A DNA stretch of 63,403 bases, the filler included, from Phoronis australis (lineage: Eukaryota; Animalia; Phoronida): the NCBI GenBank assembly GCA_002633005.1. It is 3 parts of 3 records of this genome, joined end to end, with 100 filler letters (N's around TTAATTAATTAA, not from the genome) between each part and the next. Parts side by side here need not be neighbours in the genome. Positions count along the whole stretch, not along the records: positions 31,065 to 60,930 come from NMRA01000278.1; 2 more parts are not named here. One strand, written 5' to 3'. The notes beneath the pieces were generated by a model. It was not told where the DNA came from, did no database searches, and worked only from the letters and a program-made list of their open reading frames with translations. Positions 47,801-59,800 of this stretch are shown piece by piece. Made by a program: the position numbers and the translations under genes. Within the stretch, counting starts at the first letter, position 1; each line of letters starts with the position of its first letter.

Positions 47801-50800
47801 TCAGCCACGAACATTAACTTTTGATTTTACAATAAATCTCAGAATTAGTCCTGAACAAAATTAAAAGGGATTTCTGTGATGAGAAAGGAAGTGACAGTTA
47901 TTATTATTGTTTGCGACCTGACACTCAACAAATAACAATTGGTTGAGACCTGACGCTCTGCAAGTTGACTTTTCATGATGGTTATCTTATGCGCAAAATC
48001 AAGTCTCGAGAAACAGCAAAATGTCATTTTTAAGTCCAAAAACAACACATCTAAGTTAGAAACCAGATTAAATCAATTTTATACTGGGTTTGCAAGCATG
48101 TCTCTAGTATCCTAAAAATGTGAAGAAATCAAACACTAATTTTTTGTTCTATCGAGTCCATCTTGTTGTTGCATGATGTCAAGAATCTTCAAATCAGTTT
48201 ATTTTTAAGTAAGCTTGAATAATTATGTATCCATTGTTAACACTTACAAGCAAAGCAAAAGTGTGTATCAAACAAGGCAACAGTGTGTACACAAAAGGGA
48301 AGCAAAACCCTTCCCCCCCCGTACCCTTTTTCTTGTTACGTAGATATTTACTATAGTATGTTGACTTTACACAATAATTATTGTTTACTGTCATGTACTG
48401 GCTATATGTGAAGTATGCAACCTCAGATTACCCTTACTATATTCATTGTTTGGGCAATAAATGTATAAAGTTTTATAGCTGAAAGTGGTCTAATGACGCT
48501 TTTCCATTTGGGGAACTTTGGTTTACGGAAGCTTCGCCAAAACTTTGCTTACTTTTCGAACAACTCAGTGATCACTAAAACAACAGACGACACAGTTCAT
48601 TAATTTGTACTGTCTTCCAAACGAATATTGAGTACAGGGTTCGAGGGCTACTGAAAATTACCATTCACGAGTTTTTATGGAAATGATTGGTGTCATTGGT
48701 CATCAGATATGATTTCTTTTATTTATTTACGTCTGTTTATTGAGAGCATGTCGGCCATGCTACAATAACAAGAAAAGCGTTTTGTGATTATTGCGTGATC
48801 ATATATCGTTGCTGCGACCTCTACCGATAACTTCCACCAAGCCTCGCTTTGACAGTTCCCACTGCACCAAAGTTTCGGTGAGTACCGAAGACTTACTTTT
48901 AAATCCGACTATTTTAAGTGAAGTTGCGGTTGCAGACTAACTACAGGAGTTAACATTTCCCAATTACCAAAACTTCGGTAAAGGCAAAGTTTTGCCTCTA
49001 ATTAGAAGCGACTGGAATCAAAAGTTACAACATTCCTTTATCAAAAACGAGTTCATTCTATTTGACACATTAAAATAATGCAGTCAACCATATTCCTGCA
49101 TTTATGCTGAGGCAACAAGGAAATGAGATGATCCATGCATCCAGAGCTAAATAAATGCTAATTCTGCACATTATTACACAAATGAATAGCCAGAATTGTG
49201 ATGTTTACAGTTACAAAGGTTGGTTTCCTCTTTGCAAATATTAATGGAAACTTTATCAAATGTTGTATGACACTGACACACGTTACAGTGGCGGATTTAA
49301 AGGGGGGGCCGAGGGGGTCATGGCACCCCCTAAAATACTCCCACATTCCATTAGGCAGTTAGGGAGTGCGAATGTCTGATGGGCAAAATCCTGGCTAATA
49401 CTCTGCCCTGCCCCCCCCCCCCCAACTCAAAATCCTGGATCCGACCCTGGNNNNNNNNNNNNNNNNNNNNNNNNNNNNNNNNNNNNNNNNNNNNNNNNNN
49501 NNNNNNNNNNNNNNNNNNNNNNNNNNNNNNNNNNNNNNNNNNNNNNNNNNNNNNNNNNNNNNNNNNNNNNNNNNNNNNNNNNNNNNNNNNNNNNNNNNNN
49601 NNNNNNNNNNNNNNNNNNNNNNNNNNNNNNNNNNNNNNNNNNNNNNNNNNNNNNNNNNNNNNNNNNNNNNNNNNNNNNNNNNNNNNNNNNNNNNNNNNNN
49701 NNNNNNNNNNNNNNNNNNNNNNNNNNNNNNNNNNNNNNNNNNNNNNNNNNNNNNNNNNNNNNNNNNNNNNNNNNNNNNNNNNNNNNNNNNNNNNNNNNNN
49801 NNNNNNNNNNNNNNNNNNNNNNNNNNNNNNNNNNNNNNNNNNNNNNNNNNNNNNNNNNNNNNNNNNNNNNNNNNNNNNNNNNNNNNNNNNNNNNNNNNNN
49901 NNNNNNNNNNNNNNNNNNNNNNNNNNNNNNNNNNNNNNNNNNNNNNNNNNNNNNNNNNNNNNNNNNNNNNNNNNNNNNNNNNNNNNNNNNNNNNNNNNNN
50001 NNNNNNNNNNNNNNNNNNNNNNNNNNNNNNNNNNNNNNNNNNNNNNNNNNNNNNNNNNNNNNNNNNNNNNNNNNNNNNNNNNNNNNNNNNNNNNNNNNNN
50101 NNNNNNNNNNNNNNNNNNNNNNNNNNNNNNNNNNNNNNNNNNNNNNNNNNNNNNNNNNCCAGAGTTTGTTATATCAACTCACCCTGTATACCAGAGTTTG
50201 TTATATCAACTCACCCTGTATACCAGAGTTTGTTATATCAACTCACCCTGTATCCCAGAGAGTTAGTTATATCCACATTGATGCAGTATTGAGAACTGTG
50301 CTCTGTCTCAATGTCATATCTGAAGACCTTGGCATAGCCCAGGTTGAGACGCTCGTAGTATGACCAGCCAGCACTAGCCTTCAACAGGACCTGTAAAAGA
50401 CAATAAGAGAGTTCTGAGACAGCATCATATGGAGTATGATATCCACATGTTAAGTGGCAATCCCAGACAAGGTCATGCTCTTTGTTATTAAACAATTTCT
50501 CAGTCACACAAACTGTTAGGTACTCCCATGCATCAAGTAGAGTACTCTCCCAAACCGCAATGTACTCCACCACAGCCTGCAGGGTACTACCACAAAGCCT
50601 GCAGGGCACTGTTCCAACACCCTTCAGGGTACTGCACCACAACATAGAGGGCACTGCCCCACAGCCTGCAACGTTGTAGTGCCACATAGCCTGCAGGGTA
50701 CTGTGCCATAGCATGCAGGGTACTGCCCCATAGCCTAAGGGTATTGCCCCATAGCCTGCAGGGTACTGCCTCATAGCATGCAGGGTACTGCCCCATAGCC

Positions 50801-53800
50801 TAAGGGTACTGCACCACAGCATGCAGGGTACTGTCCCTTAGCCTAAGGGTACTGCCCCATAGCCTAAGGGTACTGCCCCACAGCCTACAGGGTATTGCCC
50901 CATAGCCTGCAGGGCATTGCCCCATAGCCTAAGGGTACTGCACCACAGCATGCAAGGTACTGCTCCACAGCCTGCAGGGTACTGTGGCATAGCCTAAGGG
51001 TACTGTGCCATAGCCTGCACAGTACATGTAAATTTTCATAATGATCCTTCAAACAATAACAAATGGAGATTAAGTGGATGTCAACTCAAAAAATAAAAAT
51101 GGCCACTTTAAGAGGCGCAGAATACATCCAATCTCATGACGGCATTTTCCCGTTCAGTGACTTTACCAGAAGTAGGGGGTTCTGAGCTTGTGATAACATC
51201 TAGCTTCTTTGTTAACTGCCAAGCAAACTCTTTTGTCTGTTATGACAACAAGCAGGCCAATTATCTAACAGGCTTATTACAGACCACCTGTTAACAGTCA
51301 AACCCAGAGCAAATTGGTACATTCGGAAAGAATAGATTGTCGTAACTTAGGTTGCAGTTGGGCGATTTTGGCGATTAAAAAACTAAACATAATCACCATT
51401 TGACGAAGATTTCAGAAATGCTATTGGTTTATGCTCAAGTACGTTATAACTTAACTTTTATTTTTAACAGCACAGAGCAGTCAGGGTAGATAGGATCTTA
51501 TTGGAGATTAGAGCAATTATCGAACAAAAGAGAGCTGGCCCTCCAACCATAATGCCAGAATGGAGTTAATCAGTCGTGTAAGATATTGGTAAACTTCCCA
51601 ACTTTTTGTTGGGCTATAGAATCGAACAAGTTGGGAGCAATGGAAAACGCCATAATGTGTCTGAAACTTACTTTTGAATGGTTGGCAGATAGAATGGAAG
51701 ATGACATAAATCAGACTCTTCAATAATAACAAGATACGCTTACAGTGCAAAAGACAACAATTTGACAAATGTTTTGGTACTACACCCTTTTAAAACTATA
51801 ATCAAATCAAAAAGTTTTCAACATTTGCAACAAAGAAATAGGTCAGTACCTTGAATATCAACCAAAAATAATCTTCCCCAGAAAACTGAAAAGCTCTGCA
51901 CCCCGGACCCATGGCAAAGTGAAAAGTACCAAATACCGCTCTAGCACTGCTTAGCACCTTTGCGCAACATTTCATCAAAATGCGAGATATCGAGCAAGCA
52001 AATGGACAACAGGACAGTTTGGTCACTAGGGCATGAATCCAGTATTCAAAATTTCCTAAAAATCAATTGGTGTCTGCGCAATGCCATCACATAGCTGTGT
52101 CAAGTTTCATTAATATCCATCTATTAGTTCTCTGGAAATTCAGCAAAACTCTTCCAGAAACAAAGGACTGAAAAGCCTCTTCATGAGACCAAAGGGGCCC
52201 CCAGCTGATTCAATTTGCCTGAAAATCGACTGGAGCCGCATTGTCGCCACATCGTCTGAGTCTAGTTTCAATGAAATCTGCCTGTCTGTTCTCTAGACAT
52301 ATCATCTGGAAAATAGTTAATGCTCTTTCCCCAAAACACTGAAAAGCTCCAAATCTCTGGCCTTGGGACAGGGCAGATTCAAAAGTGACACCGTCCTAGA
52401 GATAACCTACAATGTGGTACCAAAGTTCATTAAGATCTGACTAGGAGTTTATGAGATACCACACAGACAAGAAGACAACAGGACAACCAAACAAAATAGC
52501 CACTAAGGGATTTAACAGTAGTCAAAATTGCCTGAAAACTTATTGATGACAGTGCATTGTCACTACATACGGCTCCATCTATATTTGAAATCTGTCTGTC
52601 AATTCTCTAGATATCATATCGAAACAAAAACTAAAAAGCCCACCCCTCTGGTTTCTGGGCAAATTAAAAGATAGCATGCAGCATTCTAGTGATCTACAGA
52701 ATAGTGCCAAATTTAAATTTATGTCCACGGTAGCTGAGATATCAAGTGGACACCGGAACACCTGCACAGGATGGCGACAATATGCGACCACACACAATGG
52801 CACTAAGTAACACAGAGTATGTCAAATCTGTCCAAAATTGAAGGAGTAATTGACTCCTATTTGCCAAATTTCATGAAAATCGATCATTGAACTCTGACGA
52901 GAACGACACAAAAGTATAATACTAAAATTGCCATCAAGTGAATCAGTGGTAGTCAGATCCATCCAAAAGTTGTCATCCTCCGTAGTCAGGATTATGAACA
53001 TGTGGGCGCATAAAAGGCTTGAACCATTAATTCACTTACATCATTAGATGGATTCCATATGACAGACAGCAGCAGGCATGCCTTGTTGATCACATCATAC
53101 ATGAAGGAAATACATTTACGACCAAAGTTCAGGCATCTTCTGGCACAGGCAGAGGATGATTTTTCCTCGGATTCAGCAATAGGCCTGACATTGGACAAAC
53201 GACCCTCCTTCGGCGGAGTGAAACTCTGCAAATCTCCTGTCTGAAACAGTGGATACAAAGAAAAGTTGTGTCTGAAAAAGTTGTATATTACAAAAAACCC
53301 TAAGAACCCATCTTAAATGGAGTGAAATAACTTTTCATATAAAATGATCAAGAAAGCGGAAATACTAAGTCGTTTGTGGAAAAATTATATATAACATAGG
53401 AAGTGAACATAGTGTATTCAATTTTGATTTTTAGTTTAAGCCTCACTATCTGACAAATGTTACTGAAGATAAAAAAATACAAATTTGGAGATGCTCCATA
53501 TTGGCAATAAGCAGACACAAAAAGAAACTAGGCAGGTAATTTTCAGCAAAACAACTCATTAAAATGTCATGAAACATCAATTAGAAGACCTTATTATAAC
53601 ATTTATAAAAATTTGAAAATGAATCAAGGAAATATTTTCTTTGCACACCATACCTCTAAAGTGTTAAGTGTGGGAGTGTTGAAACTAAATGCTTCCCACT
53701 TAAAGTAAGTGTCGCCATTTTGTTCACCAGGACTGTTACCAAGGCCGTGAGCAAGACTTTCAATTTTGATCGGACTGTCCTCAAAGGCTGTCACAGACCC

Positions 53801-56800
53801 CCTGAAAATGAACAATTTTATTAGACATCTTTTAAATTTTGCAAAAAATCAAGATAATGGATTATTGAGACAAGCAAACCAGTCTAATGGAGGACAAACT
53901 CTTTTATTCTCAATCAGCTATTGTTTAGGCCTACACAAGTAGTAACTATGCTAATAACTTAGTGATTAGAACATTTCGCTGAGTTTTTGACATCAGTCAT
54001 TGCAATTTATAAATTAAGACGAAAACTTGATAAGATAACATCATCACAATTGTTTCAAAGTATTCAGTTCAAACCATGTGACCCTAACTGCAAGGCTCTC
54101 ACAATTCAAACATGCATGAACTGTGTGACTTATACATCAAACTATCCCCTAGAAGAAGTGAGACAACCCCTACAATTCATCAGATGTTTTTTATGCTTTC
54201 AAGTTATACAGTATCAAATTGTCAGCTCAAAGGCTTGAACTCATTAATGACCCTAGAAGCAATACTTACTGGATGACCCTAGGGTTAGCGAGACAGTACA
54301 GTGATGCAACACTTACTGCTGGATGACTGCTGGTTAGCGAGTACAGATACAATACTTTCTGGATGACCCTAGGGTTAGCGAGTACAGATACATCACTTAC
54401 TGGATGACCCTAGGGTTAGCGAGTACAGATACATCACTTACTGGATGACCCTAGGGTTAGCGAGTACAGATACAACCCTAGAGTTAGTGAGTACTTACTG
54501 AATGACCCTGGGGTTAGCCGAGTACAGATACAACATGTTCACTCTTCCCTCAGGTAAAGTGTTATCATACGTCTCCAGGTGACACTGAGCCAGTGCCTCC
54601 ATGCCCTGTTCATTCTTAGCCCTCACCGTGAAATAGAGAGGTACACCACCAGGCATTTGGGCTTTTACAACAGCATTTGTGGCCGATATCTGAGTCCAGT
54701 CCTAAAACGATGCAAGAAGATACTAAACAAACAGTTGCCTAATAGCATCCCTGGTGAACAGCAAAACGCACTTGGCCACCTCACTTCTTTCTAAGTGTAA
54801 ATTTACACAAATTAATGCAAATGCGAAATATCAATGTTCTGCCACAGCAATGAACTTTTAATTTCGACCACTTATGAATCCTATGAGAAATGACTCCTGA
54901 GCTTAGAAGACACTTTGTTATTGGTTGAAAGCAGAATGACAAGACAAGATAAACAGTGTAAACTGGCAGTTCTTTCCAAACACACAAATCACCACTAACT
55001 TAAGTAAGCCCAAATTTTGAAGAGGTGAAAATTATTTTTTCTACTTTGTCCGGGTATGGGATGAGCTAGGTTGCAGGGTAGTAAAACAAGATGAGGATTG
55101 ATTGCCGAATATGTCATATATTATGATGTAAGCAAGAATGTATAAATAAACAAGACTCAGCAAGATGGGCATGGAAAAAAAGCCACAGACCCCTAAATCA
55201 CTCTGAGGTACATGGTGATATAGCAAAATTATCTTTAAAATCGCTTGGTCAGTTTAAACCAAATTCTAGCCTAGCATGTTTCAATAAGTAATAAATGTCT
55301 CCGATAATTCAGCATTTTTAGAACAAACAGGGGTATCAGGTGGGGCACTTCCTGTTGTCTGGTGGCTATGAGTCATGACTCAGTGGTCTACTGCTCTTAG
55401 TACTCTACTGACGACCAAAAGATCTCGGATTCAAACGCCACGGTGAACAAAAAAAAATTAACCCAAGTCTCCACCACGAATGTACCAGATACCTGATACC
55501 TGTGCACATTCCTTCAGAACACTGTAACACCTGGTGATGGCCAAAGAAATGACTGAATGAAACGCCAATATAGAAACTGGTGTGAATAGACCATTTTAGA
55601 CATTGCTAAGCTCGAGCAAGGATGTACGCACTAAAGACTGACAACCTTGCTAAACCAACGCTTAGATTAGTTCAGGAAATTCTTCAAAAGGCAACTTTAA
55701 CTATGTCAATGCATGAGAAATTTTGATTAAAAATAAGCATCACGTTAGCCACTTCAATGTCCTATTTTAACAAATCAAAACTCAACAATTCGATAAAAAT
55801 TGAACTTTTGAGAGATTGCAAACCCAGGTAACGCATGTAAATGAACATAAAAGCACATTAGCCTGGTTAAGTTGAAGAGCGCTGCAATCCAACCTTTGCC
55901 GACATCAAAGTCTTAAAAGGGAACTGTATTTTATTCTGAATAAATTCTGGATAGTTTTCTATGAATTGTTGATTAATTTCACAAATAATTCAACACCAAA
56001 AATTAAACTTATGTTCTCTAACGAAGCTAAAAAAATTACCGGCTTGGAGCGCTGCTTAGTCTCGTGACGTATTTGGCGGGGGCAAAGTCACTGTCCTGTG
56101 TTAGCGTGCAATCAAGTAGCGTTTTTTATATTGTCGGAATAATAAATTTTAGTGTGAAATTTCGGGTCACAAGGGATACCTGTTTGAGCCGAGGCAACAC
56201 AAAGTGATACCTAGTCATCGTCATCGTCAGACGAAAATTTGCCGGTGTAACTGGTGTCAGTGACTGTGCCGAGGGCAATGTGGACTCTAGCCATCCAGTC
56301 AGCCAGTTGTCAGCCAATACTCCGGCAGCTCTGTAAACTTGAAGGGTTGGTAAGTTACCGACTGTACCTGTATGAAGACTATCGTACCACTGTGTGTTGA
56401 GCTCCGTTAACCCCGAAATTTCAGACAGCCGTTGACTACCCGGGTATAGTTGACTCAGTTATGCTCGTCACCTCGTCGTAAAACTTAGGCTACATCAACA
56501 TATAAAGCTAACGGACCGGCGGGGGCGCATGCAAAATCTGATATAGTCACCCGACACTTCCATTGTTCGTTGCAGCCGTTTAAGTGGAAAACAATCAAAT
56601 AAACGTCCTTTGGTAGCATAATTTGCCGCCTTTTTAACAAAGAAGTGTGTTGTCCGTTTCAAGAACAGCACGCTCGTGACACGGCGCACGCGCCATTTCA
56701 TAAAAATTTGAGACGTCTTTCGGGACATCATAACAGCTTCGCAGCACCAAGGTTGTTCTAAAATTCGGTTTGCTGGTGTAAAAATACTAAAAACTTGAAA

Positions 56801-59800
56801 CAAAATGAAACAAGCTCCGATAATTTGTTATAACATGTACGCAATCTAGGTACCGTCAGCGACGAACACATGATAAAAGAATCAGGGGGAAAAGAAACTG
56901 GTAAAGGTCAGGTGACGTAATCGCAAAAAGCCGACTCAAGAAAACACATCACAATTTTACTAGCACCAGCCGATGAACGATCGCTAACATTTCCAACACC
57001 GGTAAATACAGAAGTTAGTTTACTCTAGGAACCTGTTTCCTAGGTTTACTCAAGGATGACTTAGTTTTAATGACATTTATTTGAGTCAGATTTTATTTGC
57101 ACATTTTTTACCCATATCGGCTTAAACCTGTAGGCCTATATCTAGTATACACTGAGCTTTGGGCCAAGGCTTGGGTAACCCGGCGATGGTATGCGATGAC
57201 CATCCCTTTAGAAGACGCCTTTTTCGAAGAGTTTGAGCAACCAGGTGCCATACAAAAAGGCATAGCGAACCTTTTACAGCACTGTGGCAAACAATAAAAA
57301 AATAAGGACGATTGATACAATGATAAATTACGATGTAAACTCTTCAAATATGACATAAGCAATGAATGTGCAAAGCAGCCGATACCCCGCCGTTCACGTC
57401 ACTGACACATCAGCCAATCAGCGATCGCTTTCAGAATTCAGTGTTTTGACCATGAATACGAATTGGCTTTTGTTTGGCACGCAAGTCAGGCAAATGTGAG
57501 TTTTATTTGTATGTTAGAACCGATTAACTGCAACATTATTTTGACTACAGTCCCCTTTTAAATGCAATTGATGAGTCAACAAAAATGTAACTAGTATATT
57601 GTTGGTGTGATAGACAGGATGCTCACAATAACATCGGTTCCTCCTTTATAGCTGCCCACAGCATAATGCATTGTCACTTCACTGTTATCATCCTGAGCAT
57701 CAACAGCCAATTCAAACTGTGTGTCCGTCACATCGAGATCCGTGAGTTGGACAACCTTGTAAATACAATGGAGGCATGAGATACAGGAAACACGTTAACA
57801 TTAATTTGTACAACGGAATGAGGAATTCAGATCGTATGAAAAATAATGCAAAGCGCCTGTTGTCAGAAAACAGATGAAATCTTGAGAAAATGTATGGTCT
57901 TCGCATGAACTGGAAAATTATTCTAAACTAATTTAAAAAATAAATGCGTTTATTTTGCTTCCTGCTAGGCATTACCACAGAAAACATCAACTTAGTTCTC
58001 AGAACTCTTCAATCTAAAATAATCATGGCAAAAACACCTAAGCTGCACCTCATTCATTGCACATCAAGGTATACTATACGATTAACGGACTCATCAACAC
58101 CGGTCACTGACCCACAAACACAGGAATGGACTCACAAAACACGATCCATTCACCCAAATACAAGGGACACAGACTCACATTCACGAAGAAACACAGTTAA
58201 CGGACCGCCACTCAAGATTCACTCCGATAAAGAATGCCATAAACACGGATTATGGACTCCTCAGCTTCCTGGGTCAGCTGACATCTACATTTTGTCCGTG
58301 TTTGGCGGTCCGTTAACCCTGTTTCTTCGTGAATCTGAGTTCGTGCCCGTGTATTTGGGTGAATACATCGTGTTTTGTGAGTCCGTTCCCATGTTTGTGA
58401 GTCAGTGAATGGTGCTTGCAGGTACGTGAGTCATGTTCATGCATCCGTGACCGTGTTTACGAACTCGTTCACCGTGTAGTTTAGTTACCTTGATATGGCC
58501 TTTGTCACACTTCCTATAGGGCACTCTTGTGGTTAAGTTCATTAGATGTTCAATTAAATTTAACTGAATTTGAATACCTTTTGCACAATGTGTCTAGGAC
58601 ATGCAATCCAAACCATAATATAGGGAGCTCAACATTCCCCAGATGGTGGTTAATTCCTGTTCCATGATCTCCTTCAGCACCACCTGGTGGATATTCACAG
58701 TGTAATTGGTAAAACCTGGTGTGATTAATGGTTCAAAGAATGTTACCCTGCATGGCTGGCCAGAGCGTCTGAATACTTTGGCAGTCGAAGGGCCCTGGAA
58801 CCTGGGCGGCGATTTGTCATCCTCCCCTTTCGATATAGTGAATATGTTCATCTGGATGGGTTTCATGGAGTACTTCCAGATGTAGCCCTCCCACAAGGTT
58901 TCTGAGGTGAATAATAGATTCACTTCCACAAAGGCAATAAGCTCAAGCCGCAATGGCGTCAGTACTAGATCCATGCCTCCACTGAAATCAACACATAATG
59001 ATAAACAATTATGAGAGACGATTACACACAGAGATGGGGTTTTACAACTACTTTATATTCACCAGACATTGATTTCCACAGAGCATTGTGGGTTTACAAG
59101 ATTTTGCCTTTACAAAAACCTTCCGCTGGGTTTCAACTCCAGACAACAGTGGTTTCTAAATGTCCTTAATTGTTAAGTGTCAGTTACACTTGTTTGTCTG
59201 ACATAACAGCTCGCAGGCCAACTATCTACCAAGGTTCAAAGACTAAAACCATTCATCAGTGAATACCACTGGCTGGTTTCATGGAACGGTCCCAAATAGG
59301 TACTCGACTTAGTCACACATTAATTAATTTACCTTTTGTGCAATTGTTTCGTTCTTTACTCAGAGATGTAATAATATTTCTATCATAATTTATCTTCCTT
59401 ATTTTTTAAAATCTTTAACTCGTACCACAGCATCTGAGGACCAAAACGATTGCAGAATATGAATCACATGTACATCAATAAATGTGTGCAAGACTCTGAT
59501 CTCAAGAGGCTTGTCAATCAGGAAACTTGATAGCAGATCATAAGACTGAACCACAGACTATAGACTACATATAGCCTCTGTTTGGCAGGGCCTGCCTTGC
59601 TCACCTGTCAGGGCCTGCCTTGATCACCTGAGGAGAAGGTGCCTGTGACATGCTCACCTGAATCACTGCACTTTTGGGTATTGTCAAGTGACCATATTGC
59701 ATTGCTTAGTCAAGTTACAGCATGTAGGTGAGAAGGTACTAACAAAGGAACAGCAGTTGCAGTGCGCGCTAATTCTCTTTTCTCCTGTATTTAACCCATT

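Noticed and set aside
50391-50822. N-terminal part of the 194-aa ORF 50238-50822
   Set aside because: Mostly minisatellite-derived intron; only 50390-50247 behaves as an exon
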